From assembly GCA_964016885.1 (NCBI GenBank), contig CAXHJY010001404.1:1-64000 (forward strand): a stretch of 64,000 bases of DNA. The letters are read 5' to 3'. The notes beneath the pieces were generated by a model. That model ran no database searches, had not been told where the DNA came from, and was given only the letters and a program-made list of their open reading frames with translations. Position numbers and translations under genes: made by a program. Position 1 is the stretch's first letter; each line of letters begins with the position of its first letter. The DNA is from Eledone cirrhosa. Taxonomy: Eukaryota. This document shows positions 47,791 to 61,565 of the stretch, one piece after another.

Positions 47791-47940
47791 GAACAATTTT
47801 TTTCTGCTGTTACTTCATATATAAATTCCTCATCTACTAGAAATTAAAGACAGTCAGTGGCCGATACATGATGTGCAGATCCTGGAGATCCCAAATTTCA
47901 CTGTGCCCAGCCAAAATAAAATGAACACCTCTGATTGTGA
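47791..47940 (+). other. Candidate exon, possibly holding a start codon (ATG at 47921)
   Basis: Long pyrimidine tract ending CTCAG; tandem donors GTGAGT (47937) and GTGAGC (47941); AAAATG context. Confidence 0.35.
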
Positions 47941-50716
47941 GTGAGCCTTGTTTTACTAAATTTCATTCATTTTCATTCAGTATTTTTGCTATCAACGAAA
48001 AAAATTTAACTAATCTTTTATATCTTTTCATTAATCAGCATAACTATAATGTTTTTATGAAATATCAATTTTGTATTCCACCCTATATGATTGATCTACA
48101 CATGCTTCGTTGATTGATCCCTATAGAGTTTACTTGTTAGTGTTTCATGTCACTTATTAGAGGATTAGATGATGATGATGGCGAGGAGGACAATTGTCAA
48201 TTTGATGAGGATTTATGAATCCTCTTCATCTACATATGGAAAATGTCTGTTTCTGTCAATTGCCATATCATCATCATCGTCATCACATCCATCATCATCA
48301 TCATTGCCACCATCATCACCTCCACCAACACCACACACACATACACACTATAAACTCAATGATGTTCCACATGGTTTCCATCTCATCACAAGTCATTGGT
48401 CAGTCTGAGGCAATAGCAGATGACCTCTGCCCTGTAAGATCAAACCTGAAACCATAGGGTTTGCAACTTTACTGTATCATCATCAGCATCATCACTTCCA
48501 TGCTTGCATGAGTTGCATGACCTCTCTCTAATGCAGCAAAAATCTACCTGTCTTTCTCCTTTGTGAGGTTCAGCAACTAGAGAACAGCTTTTATCACTTC
48601 TATCAATGTCTTCTTTGGTCTACCTTTACCATTGGCTTAAACCTTTCATGACCCTGTTTCTAATGAAATACACTCTATTTAAATTATTTAATGAAGAATT
48701 TTGAAGGATTTGTTAAAATTATTTACTATTAATTATTTCATTACTAAGGTTGTATCTTAACATATATTTTTCATATAAAATTATGTTGGAATATTTTAAT
48801 TTTAAATAGGAGCCCTTTAAAATTGGTGGTTTGTTTAATAGAATCAGAGTCAGTTTTGGCTAGGTTTATATCAAATTATTTAATATTTCATTACTAAATA
48901 TCCATTACTAAATATTTCATTACTAAAACAGAACCGTAAAATATGGTTCTTATATATTATGTTGGCAAATATAAATTTAAATGGATGGGGTTTTTCATAG
49001 AATTAGAGCCAATTTTTTATGGATTTGTATCAAATTATTTATTATCATGTGAAGTGTCATTTGTACAACTACTATATCCAATGTAACCACTACAGCCATC
49101 CATGGCAAAACATGTGGCTCTAGACCACCTTTGGATTGTGCAAGGAAGCTGCATGAAGTGTATGTTAGACCATTTTCCACTGATACATGTCTTAGATTCT
49201 GTTCTTCTCAAAGTCTGTTTATCTGTTTGAAACAAAAGCATGTTTCAAAAATACCTATTTTTAGTGACTTATGAAATTTGAAAATATAGTTGCCACAATG
49301 GAGATAAGTATAAGTGTTAATAATAACTATAAATAATATTTGAATAAATTAGGCAAATACTCCTGGAAATGGAAAAAGTGGACATAGACGTCTGGGGATT
49401 CAAACCACACATTTCTTATCTGCTGGATGAGTACATTTAAAGATTACGCCAAAGTGTCCCTGGTAACCAATTACCATCTCATTAGAAGACTTAATCATGA
49501 CACTAGCATTGTAAACAAAACTTGGTTGTCATATGAAACATTGGGTAAATTCAAATTTGAAAGTATAATAATTGATGTGGTTATAATTGTGGCTGTTTTC
49601 GTAGTTTTTTTTTTTTTGTACGTATTACTGATTTTTAGTGTTTTGGTTATAGTTGCTGTTTTTATCATTATCATTATCATTATCATTGATGATGATGTTA
49701 TTGTCACTGCTTTTATTGTAGGTGGCGCTGTTGTAATTGGTGCTATTGTGGTTGATGATGTTGTTATTGTTGCTGTTTTGATAGTTTCATGATTTAGTCG
49801 ATGGTGTTGTGACTGTAATCGTTGTTGCTTTTGTTGTTTTCAAACAGCTTGGAATAGCTGCATAAATGCCATGATCATTCACTTGGAAATGACTGTTGTT
49901 TTGCAGCAGCTCTCAGCTGCACCTTTCGTAGTTTATCTTGTTTTCTGTTTTCCATAGAACAACGCAGCAAACCAAAAGGTGAAGAGTTTCATTCACACTG
50001 CTGTTAACATTCTCCACATATCTTTTGCTGTCTTTTCTTGTTCACCTTCCTCTTTCTCCAACCACCACCACATCACCACTACTAATATTAAACCATATCC
50101 TCATCCCATGTATTCAACCCTACCACCGCCATCACTACCATCCAACCCTACCACCACCATCACTACCATCCAACCCTACCACTAGCCTGAACACCACCAC
50201 TACAATGTTCATACTTATAGCCATAACCTTTCAGTTCTGTTGTGTTATTTGCATGTTTAAGTTTATCAGTTGGGAATTAAATATAAATCTAATACTCATT
50301 TCTAGGAACTCTTGTGTATTGCTAATATTTGTAGGTGAATGGCTGCAGTTGATTTTATTGACCTAATATATAACTGGTACTTAAATTGCTGAGGCTAAAA
50401 TAATCAAATGTAGCAAGGCAAAGCACCAAGTTACATTTTTGCTCAGTGGTTGTGCAGCTGAAAAACTCAATCCTAGCACATTTGCCATAATTTAAGAGCT
50501 CTCAAGTCATATAATGATAATGCTGATGGTGATGATCACCATCACCACCACCACCACCCTCATCATAAACATTGCCATCATCACCATTGTCATCATCTTT
50601 GTCATTATCATCATCAACATTTTTTTCCTACTAGTAAGGGTTGTACAAGTCATTACAGACAAAGTCAGTGCTTATTCGGAGCCACTGACTTCACAGAGGG
50701 CCAGTGATCTGCATCT

Positions 50717-50935
50717 CATCATCATCATCATCATCATCATATGTCCACTTTTCCCTGCTTGCAAGGGTTGGACGGGTCCTATTCAGCACAGTATCTCTCC
50801 ACTTCTTACGGTCCTTCGTCATCTCCTCGGTGAGTTTCAGCGATCTGAGGTCTGCTCTCACCACCTCCGCCCATGTTTTTTGTGGTCTACCTCTATTGCG
50901 TCTTCCTTCTACTGGAATTTCTTGGCACTTCTCAT
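50717..50935 (-). mobile_element. RTE family B 3' fragment
   Basis: Reverse complement of 52070-52288; (CAT)n tail at left. Confidence 0.85.
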
Positions 50936-51920
50936 TTACATATATTCACACACTCTGCAGAGTGCAGCAAGTGCATTTATCATGACATATGAAACAATCA
51001 GAATTCTCCAGCGGATCTTCTCAGATGTCATTGTCATTTCATTACTACAGTTCTTAGTTATCTATCGGGTGAACAGCCAAGACTTTTTGGTGCTAGTACA
51101 TTGGTTTGGTTATCTCTTTAGCACTGTTCTTTCAGGTTTCATCTGTTGGATGCTTGTATGTTTCTGGGAAGTGGGGGGTTAAGGGTTTAAATGTTTGTTG
51201 TGAGTTTATTAAGTAAATATTTTCTATATTTCTGGTAAGTGGAGGTTTGATTATAACTGAATTAAGTAGGTAGATTCTGATCTTTTTGCTAATGAGAAGA
51301 TCGATACTAGACTCAGGTCAATTGTATAGATTAAGGCCTCGAGCTGATCATCTGTGAAACATGTTACATCTGATAAGGATAAAAATAGGTTATTGCTAGT
51401 GCCTTCTGGGTGGCATTTGGAAGGGCATTCAGCTATAAAATTCATGCAAAATATAGAATGCATGAGCAAGATGAGGGTGCTCGGAACCCATGTTAATAGT
51501 GTGTAGAGACTTAGAATTTTGTTGGTAAACCAGTTTTCCCCATCTCTAAAGTTTTCATACAGTTGACATTGATCATCTAAATTAAATTTTTAGGTATGAA
51601 GAAATAATTCAGTTTACCAACACACGCCCATACACTCTCTCTCACATGCACACAGAATTCCTTTTTCTATTTCTTCCTTTTCTTACTCTTGTCTATCTTA
51701 TTTCTTCTGTCTCTCGGTCTACCTTCCAATGAAGGACTAATGACCAATGCATTAAAACTTTTCCTACTATATCAAACATTAAACTAACATACATCATCGT
51801 AGTATTGTATTATTCTTCTGTGTTGTTTTTCCTTGTTGATCTTTTGTGTATATATATATATATATATATATATAAACATACACACACATACACACATACA
51901 AGCATGGTCCATAGGTAACA

Positions 51921-52288
51921 GATTGGATGTGCAGTGTAAATGTGCGTGAACGACCCAGCATGAATGTGTTGAGAGAGAAACTGTGTCTGAGAGGGATAGA
52001 ATGTAGTGTACGGGAGAGGAGACTGAGGTGGTATGGACATGTGATGCGCATGGAGGATGACCGATGGGTGAAGAAGTGCCAGGAAATGCCAGTTGAAGGA
52101 AGTCGTGGTAGAGGTAGACCACGAAAAACATGGGCGGAGGTGCTGAGAACAGACCTCAGATCATTGAAGCTCACGGTGGAGATGACGAAGGACCGTGACG
52201 AGTGGAGAGATGCTGTGCTGAATAAGACCCGTCCCACCCTTGCAAGCAGGGAAAAGCAGGACGTAAAATGATGATGATGATGATGATA
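51921..52288 (+). mobile_element. RTE family B 3' fragment
   Basis: [14 protein letters not shown]...GRGRPRKTW...NKTRPT, very short 3' UTR, (GAT)n tail. Confidence 0.9.
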
Positions 52289-52830
52289 TGCAAGCATGGA
52301 AAAGCAGAGGTAAAAACGATGATGATAAGTAAACAATTACTGCTTACATTCTTTTATGGGATCTTCTGAAACTGATATACATATGAAGTAAAATTGGTAA
52401 CAGACACAATTCAACCCTGACAGCGAATAAATGACAAGATTGTCTTATTCATGTTACCATTTTTGTATCGACTATATACAAACTCTATGGTCATCAGCTG
52501 GGCTGTCAAAATGGACTTACACAGTTTTGTGTGTGTCCCCAAGTAACTTTACTGAAGGGGTCCCAAACTGAAGGACTCAAAATGAGGAGAGGCACAATGG
52601 ACCAAAAGTGAGATAAGGGGTGGAGGAGATTTCCACTAATTATAATGCTAATCTGCAATACAATTGATAGGCTGCTAATTATTTATTTCTTTTCATCAAA
52701 ATGAATATGCATATGATGGTTTACCATAATATGCTTGAGAGCAGGGAATGTTATTGGCCACATATCAACATACAGAAATGAAGAAAGTTTACAATTGATT
52801 GTTGAATGGTCGAAAGCAGGATTTAATGTA

Positions 52831-52862
<32 letters not shown>

Positions 52863-53599
52863 CTGTCCTCTTTTCTTTTTCTGATAAACTAGAGTAACTG
52901 TGTGAGTTATAAAAGGAGACGGTACGAAGAAGATGGTGTACATATTGAAGAGAATTAGCTGACTTCCAGAAATGTTTTAAATATTCAAAATAGCAGAAAA
53001 GGAATATTGGTTGCTAATAACAGTGTGGTGTGGATAGGATAGAAGATGAACATTTAAAATAATAATAATAACAATAATATAACCAACAACAACAAAACAG
53101 AGAAGAAAAGTAAGATAGTGTGTGGTGGTTTTGGTTGTAGTAGTAGTATTGGTGGTGGTCAGAGAAGTGAAACTTTAAAAAAAACTCAAACAAACCAAAC
53201 AAACCTCACAGGCAAACAAACAAAGAAAACCTTCTGCTGGTTATCAAAATAAACAAATGTCATGTTGAATGTTTTTTCTTTGACAACTTAGAGCCTCAAT
53301 AGTTTCCCCTCATCCCTCCATCATCACTCACCCCTCACCCCTCACTCACTTAACTGTAGTCACAGGTTTATCTTGAAAGTTCAACTTCAGAGGACAGTTT
53401 TCTTCCCTTGAAATATGTTCATAATCCGTTTGCTTTTGCTAGATTTTATTTCTAGAAGGTACTGGTATGGTCAAGTGGGTAGTAGCGGTGGTAAGCAGTT
53501 TGTTTCACAACCACATGGTTTCAGGTTCAGCACTGTCATTTTACAGAATGGGCTGTGTGCATTTCATATGGCACCAATGTATACAAACATACAGATACT

Positions 53600-54190
53600 T
53601 CTTTCACCAAACAACAAACTGCCATGGCAGCAACACATGAAAGAACAGGGAGGACACACGCCCCTAAGGATAACATATGCTACCTAAAGCTGCCACATTT
53701 CAATGAGAAGACAATAGCTGTCATCAGACAAGCCATCCATAGGGAGGGATTGAATATATGGCTGGTGCACTCAGGACCCTCATTGAGGAGACTGCTCCAC
53801 AGACACCAACCCACATACAATGATATGTGCACATTTCCTAATTGTCCCATCAACAATGCAGGAATGTGCATGAGAACATACGTGTTCTATAAGGTCACGT
53901 GTAAAAAAATGTAGCTCCTCGTACATCAGCAGTACCATAGGATCAAGGAGCACATGACAACGAGAGCTGCTGTTAAAAAGCATTTTGACAGATGCCACAA
54001 CCAAGACATTGAGGCAACAGAAAGGAATATAAGCAATTTAAAAATCAAAGAGGCCATTATCATCAGCTGGGGGACTCCCCTCCCCCAAAATAATAGATTG
54101 GAGATCCACAAAGCAGACTAGTTACTATAATGACTTCACGTTTGCGTATTTCAGACATGTAGACCAGTTAAGGAAGAACATATTGAACGT
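53600..54190 (+). mobile_element. Penelope-like element relic (GIY-YIG region)
   Basis: LKLPHF...C..C...CMRTYVFYKVTCKKC..SYISST...IKEH; second copy at 58740-59135(-). Confidence 0.7.
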
Positions 54191-54476
54191 TTGTTTTGTT
54201 TTGAACTGTATACTGTTTGCAGCGACACAAGATTTTGTCCAACCCATGCAAGCATGGAAAAGCAGATGGAAAAACGATGGTGATGATGATGATGTTTCAG
54301 CTCCACATTTGAAAAGAGGGTATTGCCCTGAAATATCCTGTTGGTGTATACTGGGTAAAACATTACCTTGTTTTGTTTTGTCATCATTTGCCCTTCATAT
54401 TTTTCTACTGAATTGTACCGACTTTTTGAAAATTATCGGTCTTTTATTACACACACACATATATATATATAAATAA

Positions 54477-54750
54477 TCATCATCATCATCATCACCGTTA
54501 AACATCCATTTTTCCAGGCTAGCATGGGTTAGACGAGTTGTCCCGTTGTGAGACAAGCCAGGTCAGATGACCACATAATGCTCATACAGAACTGATTTGG
54601 GCTTGGTTTCTACAGCTGGATGCCTTTCCTTATGCCAACCACATTTACAGTGTGGGCTGGGTGTTATTTGTCGTGTCACTTGCATGGCCACTTTACAATA
54701 TGGGTTGGGGACTTTGGTGGGGGGAGTTGTGTGTGGGGATTGGGGAGATG
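54477..54750 (-). mobile_element. RTE 3'-UTR fragment (family C-like)
   Basis: (CAT)n tail, GCTAGCATGGGTTAGACG, TACAGCTGGATGCC...CCAACCACATTTACAGTGTGG. Confidence 0.75.
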
Positions 54751-54769
54751 ATATATGTATATATATTAT

Positions 54770-54888
54770 ATAGAAATGACTTCTACAGGACTATAATTGT
54801 TTAATTCATGTGAAATCATCAGGAAAGTCTTTCCTGATGATTTCATATGAATGAAATAATTCTTGACCTGGTGAAGTCATTTCTGTAT
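54770..54888. repeat. ~118-bp imperfect palindrome (perfect core GAAATCATCAGGAAAG/CTTTCCTGATGATTTC)
   Basis: Read directly. Confidence 0.85.
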
Positions 54889-55430
54889 GCCTATATAAAG
54901 ATGCCTATATTCTACCAACATAATGAGTACCTTTTTTTAACTGTCGTCACCAACTGACACCCCTTGAGAATCCACCCATAATAGTATATACAGTGGAATC
55001 TTGGTTGAAAAATTGTCTCTCAAGTAAGGAACATACAACAACAGTTGGCGGGAAAGCATCACTTGCTGTGTAGTTAGTTACTATGGTAATACCTCTCTGT
55101 CTTTCGCACACAGTCTCTCTCTCTCTCATCATTACATTTTGAGAAAAATAGTTTCAGTTTATAAGCATTTTAGATGACAAATGGCCTTGAGGAACAAATT
55201 AAGTTTATGAGCCACGGTTCATATGTATATGTGTGTGTGTGTATAGTTGTAGGGTTGCAAGGTAAATAGCAGCTGAGATGTTTGAACAAACAAAATTAGA
55301 GACGACCTCACACACAAAACATATCTGAAGAACTTTCGATTGCAAAGTCAAGTTCGATCTGTAATAGATCTTGCCTCGAGCTGGTCGATAGAGAAATATG
55401 ATATGATGCAACACTGAATCCTCATTCTTT

Positions 55431-55472
<42 letters not shown>

Positions 55473-55474
<2 letters not shown>

Positions 55475-57112
55475 CATCATCATCACCGTTTTACGTCTGT
55501 TCTTCCATGCTAGCATGGGTTAGACGGGTTATCCTGTTGTGGGCAGTGTCTGGTCAGCTGACCATGCCTTGCTCATACAGGTACTGATTTTGGCTTGATT
55601 TCTACAGCTGGATGCCCTTCCTAACACCGACCTCATTTACAGTGAGTGGTGGGTGCTTTTTCCGTGGCGCCTACACGTCCACTTTACAGTGTGTGGGCTG
55701 GGTGCTTTTTTGCCGTGGCACCTCCATGACCACCTTGCAATGGGAGGGTGTGGAGGCATATTGTCTATATGCTTCAGCTTTTACCCATGGGAGGTCGGGT
55801 ACTCTGTATTACTGCGTGACGCCAGAGGTCACGGTCGTGTGTGAGAGGTGTAATTGGGTAAGGTCGGCTTTTATCACCTCATGCCAGGTCCTCTTGGGTC
55901 TCCCCACTCCGCGGTTTCTATTGACTTTTAGTGCTCTGCACCTTTTTATGCAGCTGTCATCCTTCATACGCATCACATGTCCATACCAACGCAACCACCT
56001 CTCCTGCACACAGCATTTGATTCCTCTTATGCTCAGTCTCTCTCTCAATTCATTTATGCCTTGTCGTTCGCGTATATTACTATTACACATCCATCTGAGC
56101 ATGCAGGCTTCGTTTCTTTCTAATCTACGTAAGTCTTCCACCTTCAGCGCCCAGGTCTCACTACCATGTAAAATTGCTGTTTGGATACACGCATCATACA
56201 GTCTGCCTTTCATTTTGAGGGAGAAGCCTTTTGCAGCTAGCAGTGGCAGTAGTTAGCTGAACTTCTTCCATCCCGTTCTTACTCTAGTTATTGTACTTCT
56301 GAACACCCACCTCCGCTGCTAATCCGGTCACCTAGGTAGCAGAAGCTGTCTACTGTTTCTACAGAGCCCTCCCAGAGATTGGTGGTACTTGTTTCCTGTG
56401 GCTGTTTGCTGCTTGCTGTCCCAGCACAGCTGCTGCATGTGAAGCCTACATTCTTAATTAAGCTTCCTGAGATCCTGCTACATCTCTTGTGTACCCATTG
56501 TTTGCATTTGGGGAAGAAAATGGAGTTCCTACCTACACCTTTCCTACATACTGAGCAAGGCCATTTCCCTGAGGGGATCTGGGTTCTGTTTTCTCGTCTA
56601 CTTTGTCATGTTGACTTTGAGACCCTTTCTTTCTAGTCCCTGCTTCCAAGTTTGGAATTTCTTCTCTAGTTCTACCATAGATTCAGCTATAAGTGCGAGG
56701 TCATCAGCATACAGGAGTTCCCATGGGCATCCGGTCTTAAACTCCTCCGTTATTGCCTGCAGGACTATGATGAACAGGAGAGGGCTAATAACAGAGCCCT
56801 GGTGGACACCAACCTGTACGCTAAATTCCTCGCTATACTCATTGCTAATCCTAACTTTGCTGACTGCTCCCCTATTCATCTAATCCTAGTTTTCTAAGAG
56901 CCCACCAGATTACAGCACACGGAACTCTGTCAAAGGCTTTCTCGAGATCGACGAATGCCAGGTAGAGTGGCTTACTTTTAGCTAGGTACTTTTCCTGTAA
57001 CTGCCTCACAAGGAAGAGGGCATCAGTGGTGCCTCTTCCTGGTACAAACCCAAATTGCATCTCATCTATTTTCACTCGGTCCCTAATCAACTGTGCTATA
57101 ACTCTTTCAGTT

Positions 57113-57116
<4 letters not shown>
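55473..57116 (-). mobile_element. RTE family C (sister of family A, with PHD), 5'-truncated and decayed
   Basis: ORFs 56872..57090, 56598..56879 and 55809..56213; PHD at 56426-56557; 3' end in (TA)n, 5' end at (CT)n. Confidence 0.92.

Positions 57117-57196
<80 letters not shown>
57117..57196. repeat. (CT)n microsatellite
   Basis: Read directly. Confidence 0.98.
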
Positions 57197-57206
<10 letters not shown>

Positions 57207-58299
57207 TTTGTTATACTCTGGGAGGGTCATGCTGCCAATAAAAACACACACACCAGTATAAGTTTCATTTTAGTTTATTATTAGTTGAGTAACTAATCCA
57301 TTCACTGATTAGTTTGGCAACCTGGTGGTTGTTTAATTGTTAATTGCCAAAGCTCTTTTATTATACTTCTTGTGACCTTAATATCTATTCTTTTTCCTCT
57401 GTGTTCTGATTTTGTTCTATTTACTCCAAATGTCTTTTTTATTTGCAGTACAATTCTTCCAAAGTATATATATATATTTATAGCATGTGGGCTGGTTCTA
57501 ATTTACTTAGTCGATAATTTGATATGATATTCAATAAGATTCATACCTTTGAAAATTATAATTTTAAAGTATCAAGTATACCAAATTATAACAAAATACT
57601 AGCATACAGTCCTGAAAAGTAGCATAATCCACTAGCTGTATCCCAATCTGGCAAACCTGACCACACCCACTTTGTAATGGATCTGAGCAGTTAGTTGGTA
57701 TGTCTTAACAATTTGTTGAAATGTTTTTTAGAGACTCCTACTTGGTTGAGGCTTGTTATATCCTGCTCACTTACGTCATGGGTGCTGGGTGGGGTTTGAG
57801 AGTGCGAGACATACACACAGACCAGCAGACTGATAGTGAGCATAGAATTTTAGTTGTCATGAATTGTAGTTTTTCTTCATCAGCATTTTTATGCAGGTAT
57901 GGATTGGATAGGATTTTTTAAAGCAATGCTTTTGCAGCCAGATACCCTATCTGACACCAACCCTTTTAGTCACTTTTTTCAACATACAGGTATATGATGT
58001 TCCTATTCTGACCCAGATACCAGCATGGTATTTTATCCCAGTTCAATCCAGAGCCAGCAGACATGATCAAAGGTGTTCTAACTACGACCATCCTGCCTTT
58101 TATATATATCCATGTTTTACAGAGTGTACTGGATGCATTTTATCATGACACCATTAGGAACACAACGTTTGATCCAACCGTAGATTCCTTTGAAGCTCTA
58201 TATTGTCTGTGTTCTGTTGTTAAACACTGTTGCCTCTGGTCTAATCACATTTACTTTTAGTGCACTGGTGGATGGTTGTTTTTGTATTATGATATATCA

Positions 58300-58700
58300 G
58301 TCCTGTGTTGTCTCTTTCATGAAGTTCAGTTTTTGATGTCATTCTTCACATCATTGTCTGTATTTATTGGTCTTCTTCTCACAAAGGTTCCATTCACTTC
58401 AGGCCCTCAACACATTTTTATGCGGCTTTCACTTTCCTTGCGCATCACATGACCATTGCTGTGCAATCATCTCTCATGCACATTATATTTAATTCTTCTT
58501 ATATTTATCTTTTTTCTCCACTCACTAGTATTCTGTCATTCATGCACACTAACATTACACATCCAGCAAAGCATGCAGGCCGCATTTATTTTTAGCTGTT
58601 GCAAATCTACACTTAAAGGCAACATGCTATGTAGCATTGCTGTTTGAACATATGCACAATGTAATTTGCTCTTGACTCTGAAAGTGAAGCTCTTTGTTAT
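58300..58700 (-). mobile_element. Highly decayed RTE C-terminal fragment
   Basis: FRVKSKLHCAYVQTAMLHS...ACMLCWMCNVSVHE. Confidence 0.7.
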
Positions 58701-58739
58701 ATATAAAGTCAAACCCATGCCAGTAGGAAGCTTTGTATG

Positions 58740-59135
58740 TTAAATGTTGATGATATATATCATCATATAATTGCTTATATTCCTTTCCATCATCTCAATG
58801 ACTTGTTTGTAGCATCTGTCAAAATGTTTTTTAACAGAAGAAGCTCTTGTTGTATTGTGCTCCTTGATCTGTATGTGCAGCATCATCCGGATGGTGCTGC
58901 TGATGTATGAGACACTACATATTTTACATATGACCTTGTATACTCTGTATGCTCTCATGCACATTGTTGATGTGACAATTAGGAAGTGTGCACCAGCTGT
59001 ATATTCAGTTCCTCCTTATGGGTGGCTTGTCTAATGGCAGCTGTTGTCTTTTCATTGAAATGTGGCAGTTTTAGGTAGAATATGTTATCTCTAGTAGAGT
59101 AGCCGTTTTCGATGAGAACTCTCTGAAATTCCACT
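58740..59135 (-). mobile_element. Penelope-like element relic
   Basis: YLKLPHFNEK...CMRAYRVYKVICKICSVSYISST...IKEH. Confidence 0.7.
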
Positions 59136-59169
59136 GTACATTTGTTGAGTATCCTACAGAGCCAAAATG

Positions 59170-60420
59170 GCCTATAAATGGATTGTGATCTCTTGTAGTT
59201 CAGAAATACTGGAAAGGTTTTTCTCTTGAGAAGGTTTAATGCCAAAACAAAACCTTTCAAGCTTTGATCAGAGAACTTCTTTGTGCAGACTTCTTAGTGC
59301 ATACAGAAACTGACATACAGCACCTTAAGGACTGTTCCTCAACTTCGTGTAGAGTGTTTAGTCTTACAATCAGCTTTATAAAAATCAAAGCACTGTTTAC
59401 CCCTTCCTTTGGAGAACCATATACTGGACCCAGTATTATGGTTTATGGAACCAGGTTGAGGATAGTTGATAAATTTGTCTACCTGGGCAGCACATTGTCA
59501 AGAGATGGTTACATGGTTACATAGATGCCAAAATACATCTGTGCATCCAGAAAGCCTCTGTCACTTTCAGAAAATTAGAAAAAAGCGTTTGGACTGATTG
59601 CGACATTACTATTGATACCTAAGTAAGTGTCTATACATATGTTTTGATTGCTCTTTTATACTCCTCTGAAACCTGGGTGTTATACTCTAAACATACCAAA
59701 TTGCTTGAGCATTTTCTGCAGAAATGTCTTAAGATGCATACTCAACATCAAGTGACAAAACAGAAATCCTGACATCAATGTCTTTGTCAGAGTGTAATGC
59801 CAAAACAATGAGTCTCTAGTAACATCTCAAATGCACTGGGCAGGACACATTGTCTGCATTGAAGATAGCAGAATCTCAAAGCAACTATTTTACGGTGAGA
59901 ATGTCCTCAACACAAACTAAAAAAGAAATACAAAGACAGCATCAAGAACAATCTCGAAGAGCTGGCGTTTGATAAAGACAACTGGGAGGAGTTAGCTATA
60001 AATAGGGCTGAGTGGAGAAAGCACATAAAGGACATTTGTAAAACTTTCGAATAATTTCATCTAGAACATGAACACCTTGGAAAGGTGATGTTCATGATCT
60101 CAATGAAAACGTCAATAACCGGTCATGCGAATTCTGTCAACGTGTACTCCACACAAAGCTAGTTACATTAATCACTTGAAGTTGCTTGAAATAACAACCG
60201 TCCGTAAAATTATTTCCCCCCAAACCTGGTGAGACAATCTGCATGATATGTAACAAAGTCTATAGAACTAGTTCCAGATTTAAAAGACACATGGTGGTGC
60301 ATAAAGATTGCGATCCCATCAATTCCATGGAAAGCACAACTTCTATGTGTCACTTGTGTAATAAACCATGCAAATCTGCATCTAGTATAATATGTCATCT
60401 ACGAAGTTGAGGATGAAGAA
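59170..60420 (+). pseudogene. Decayed RTE/BovB-like LINE with C-terminal C2H2 fingers
   Basis: FVYLGSTLSRDG, LLYSSETW, HWAGHIV, KQLFYGE; CMICNKVYRTSSRFKRHMVVH at 60240. Confidence 0.75.
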
Positions 60421-61254
60421 AGGTGATAATGTAGAAACAAGAAGAAATGGTAATCATCTGTGAAGATGCTGCAATCATCATGTGTGTGTGTGTGTATTTA
60501 TAGATAGATAGATTCATTAAAAACAACAGAAGGCTGGACTGGAATTTTTTTTAGAATTTTAATTCTGTAAAAACTCTATATATATATTTCGATGGCCCAG
60601 CTTCATCATCCAATCATGAGGAAAGACTTAGGCAATTTCATCAGGTGTTAATTGCAGAATTAGTTCCATAAGATAACAGGATTATTAGGTGAACACAAGC
60701 TGAGAATAGAAAACAGAGGACCGATTTGATTCAGGAATGGCCTGCCAATTCAGTGATGTATGGTTTGCCATTACAATAACACTAAATATATGTATATAAC
60801 TTTTGTCAGTTTTCTTGGGTTTCCATTGTGGGTTTGAGTATTTTGTATGTCTGTAATTGAAAATGCCACCTAATAGTGTGTGTAATGTTTCCCTTCTAAC
60901 AGCAAACATCTTGGCTTGAATATGTCACCTCTGATATACTTTTTTCCATGTCTTTCTATTCCTCATTTCCCTCTCTCCTTTAACTCTTACCAACCCGTAC
61001 CACATGAAATCACATTAGCAAGACATTCTTGTAAAGTACAACCAGCACTATGACTGCAACACATTAAAAATTAATGTGTTTAGAAATAGTGCTTTGTTTG
61101 GAAGCTACCACAATGTGAATGGGATGGTAAATGTTAAAAATATGATAAAAATGATGTTGCGGTGTTACATTTTACACAATCCTTCAAGCAAACTACAACA
61201 CCCTTTTAATTACTGTATTTACTTTAATAAAGCAAATTTTCATAATGATCTGAC

Positions 61255-61565
61255 TGTCAGTAAATATTTGAATTAACAAACCTGTTTTTAGATATTTTCT
61301 ACTAAATCATTACAGGATGATAAGAGTTAATACTGCAATATTCAATATTTCACAACGATATGTCCACTAGTAAAAACAATGTGAATACTTAAATTAACGA
61401 ACCTTTTTTCAGATATTTCCTGCTAAATAATTACAGGATGTTAAATGTTAATACTCCAATTTTTCACTACAATCTGTCCACTAGTTAAGATGTTATAAAC
61501 ACTTGAATTAACAAACATGTATTCAGATATTTTTTGCTAAATCATTACAGGATGTTAAGAATTAA
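61255..61565. repeat. Degenerate ~118-bp tandem repeat (about 3 units)
   Basis: AGATATTTT-CTAAATCATTACAGGATG-TAAGA recurs at ~61290, ~61410 and ~61525. Confidence 0.7.
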
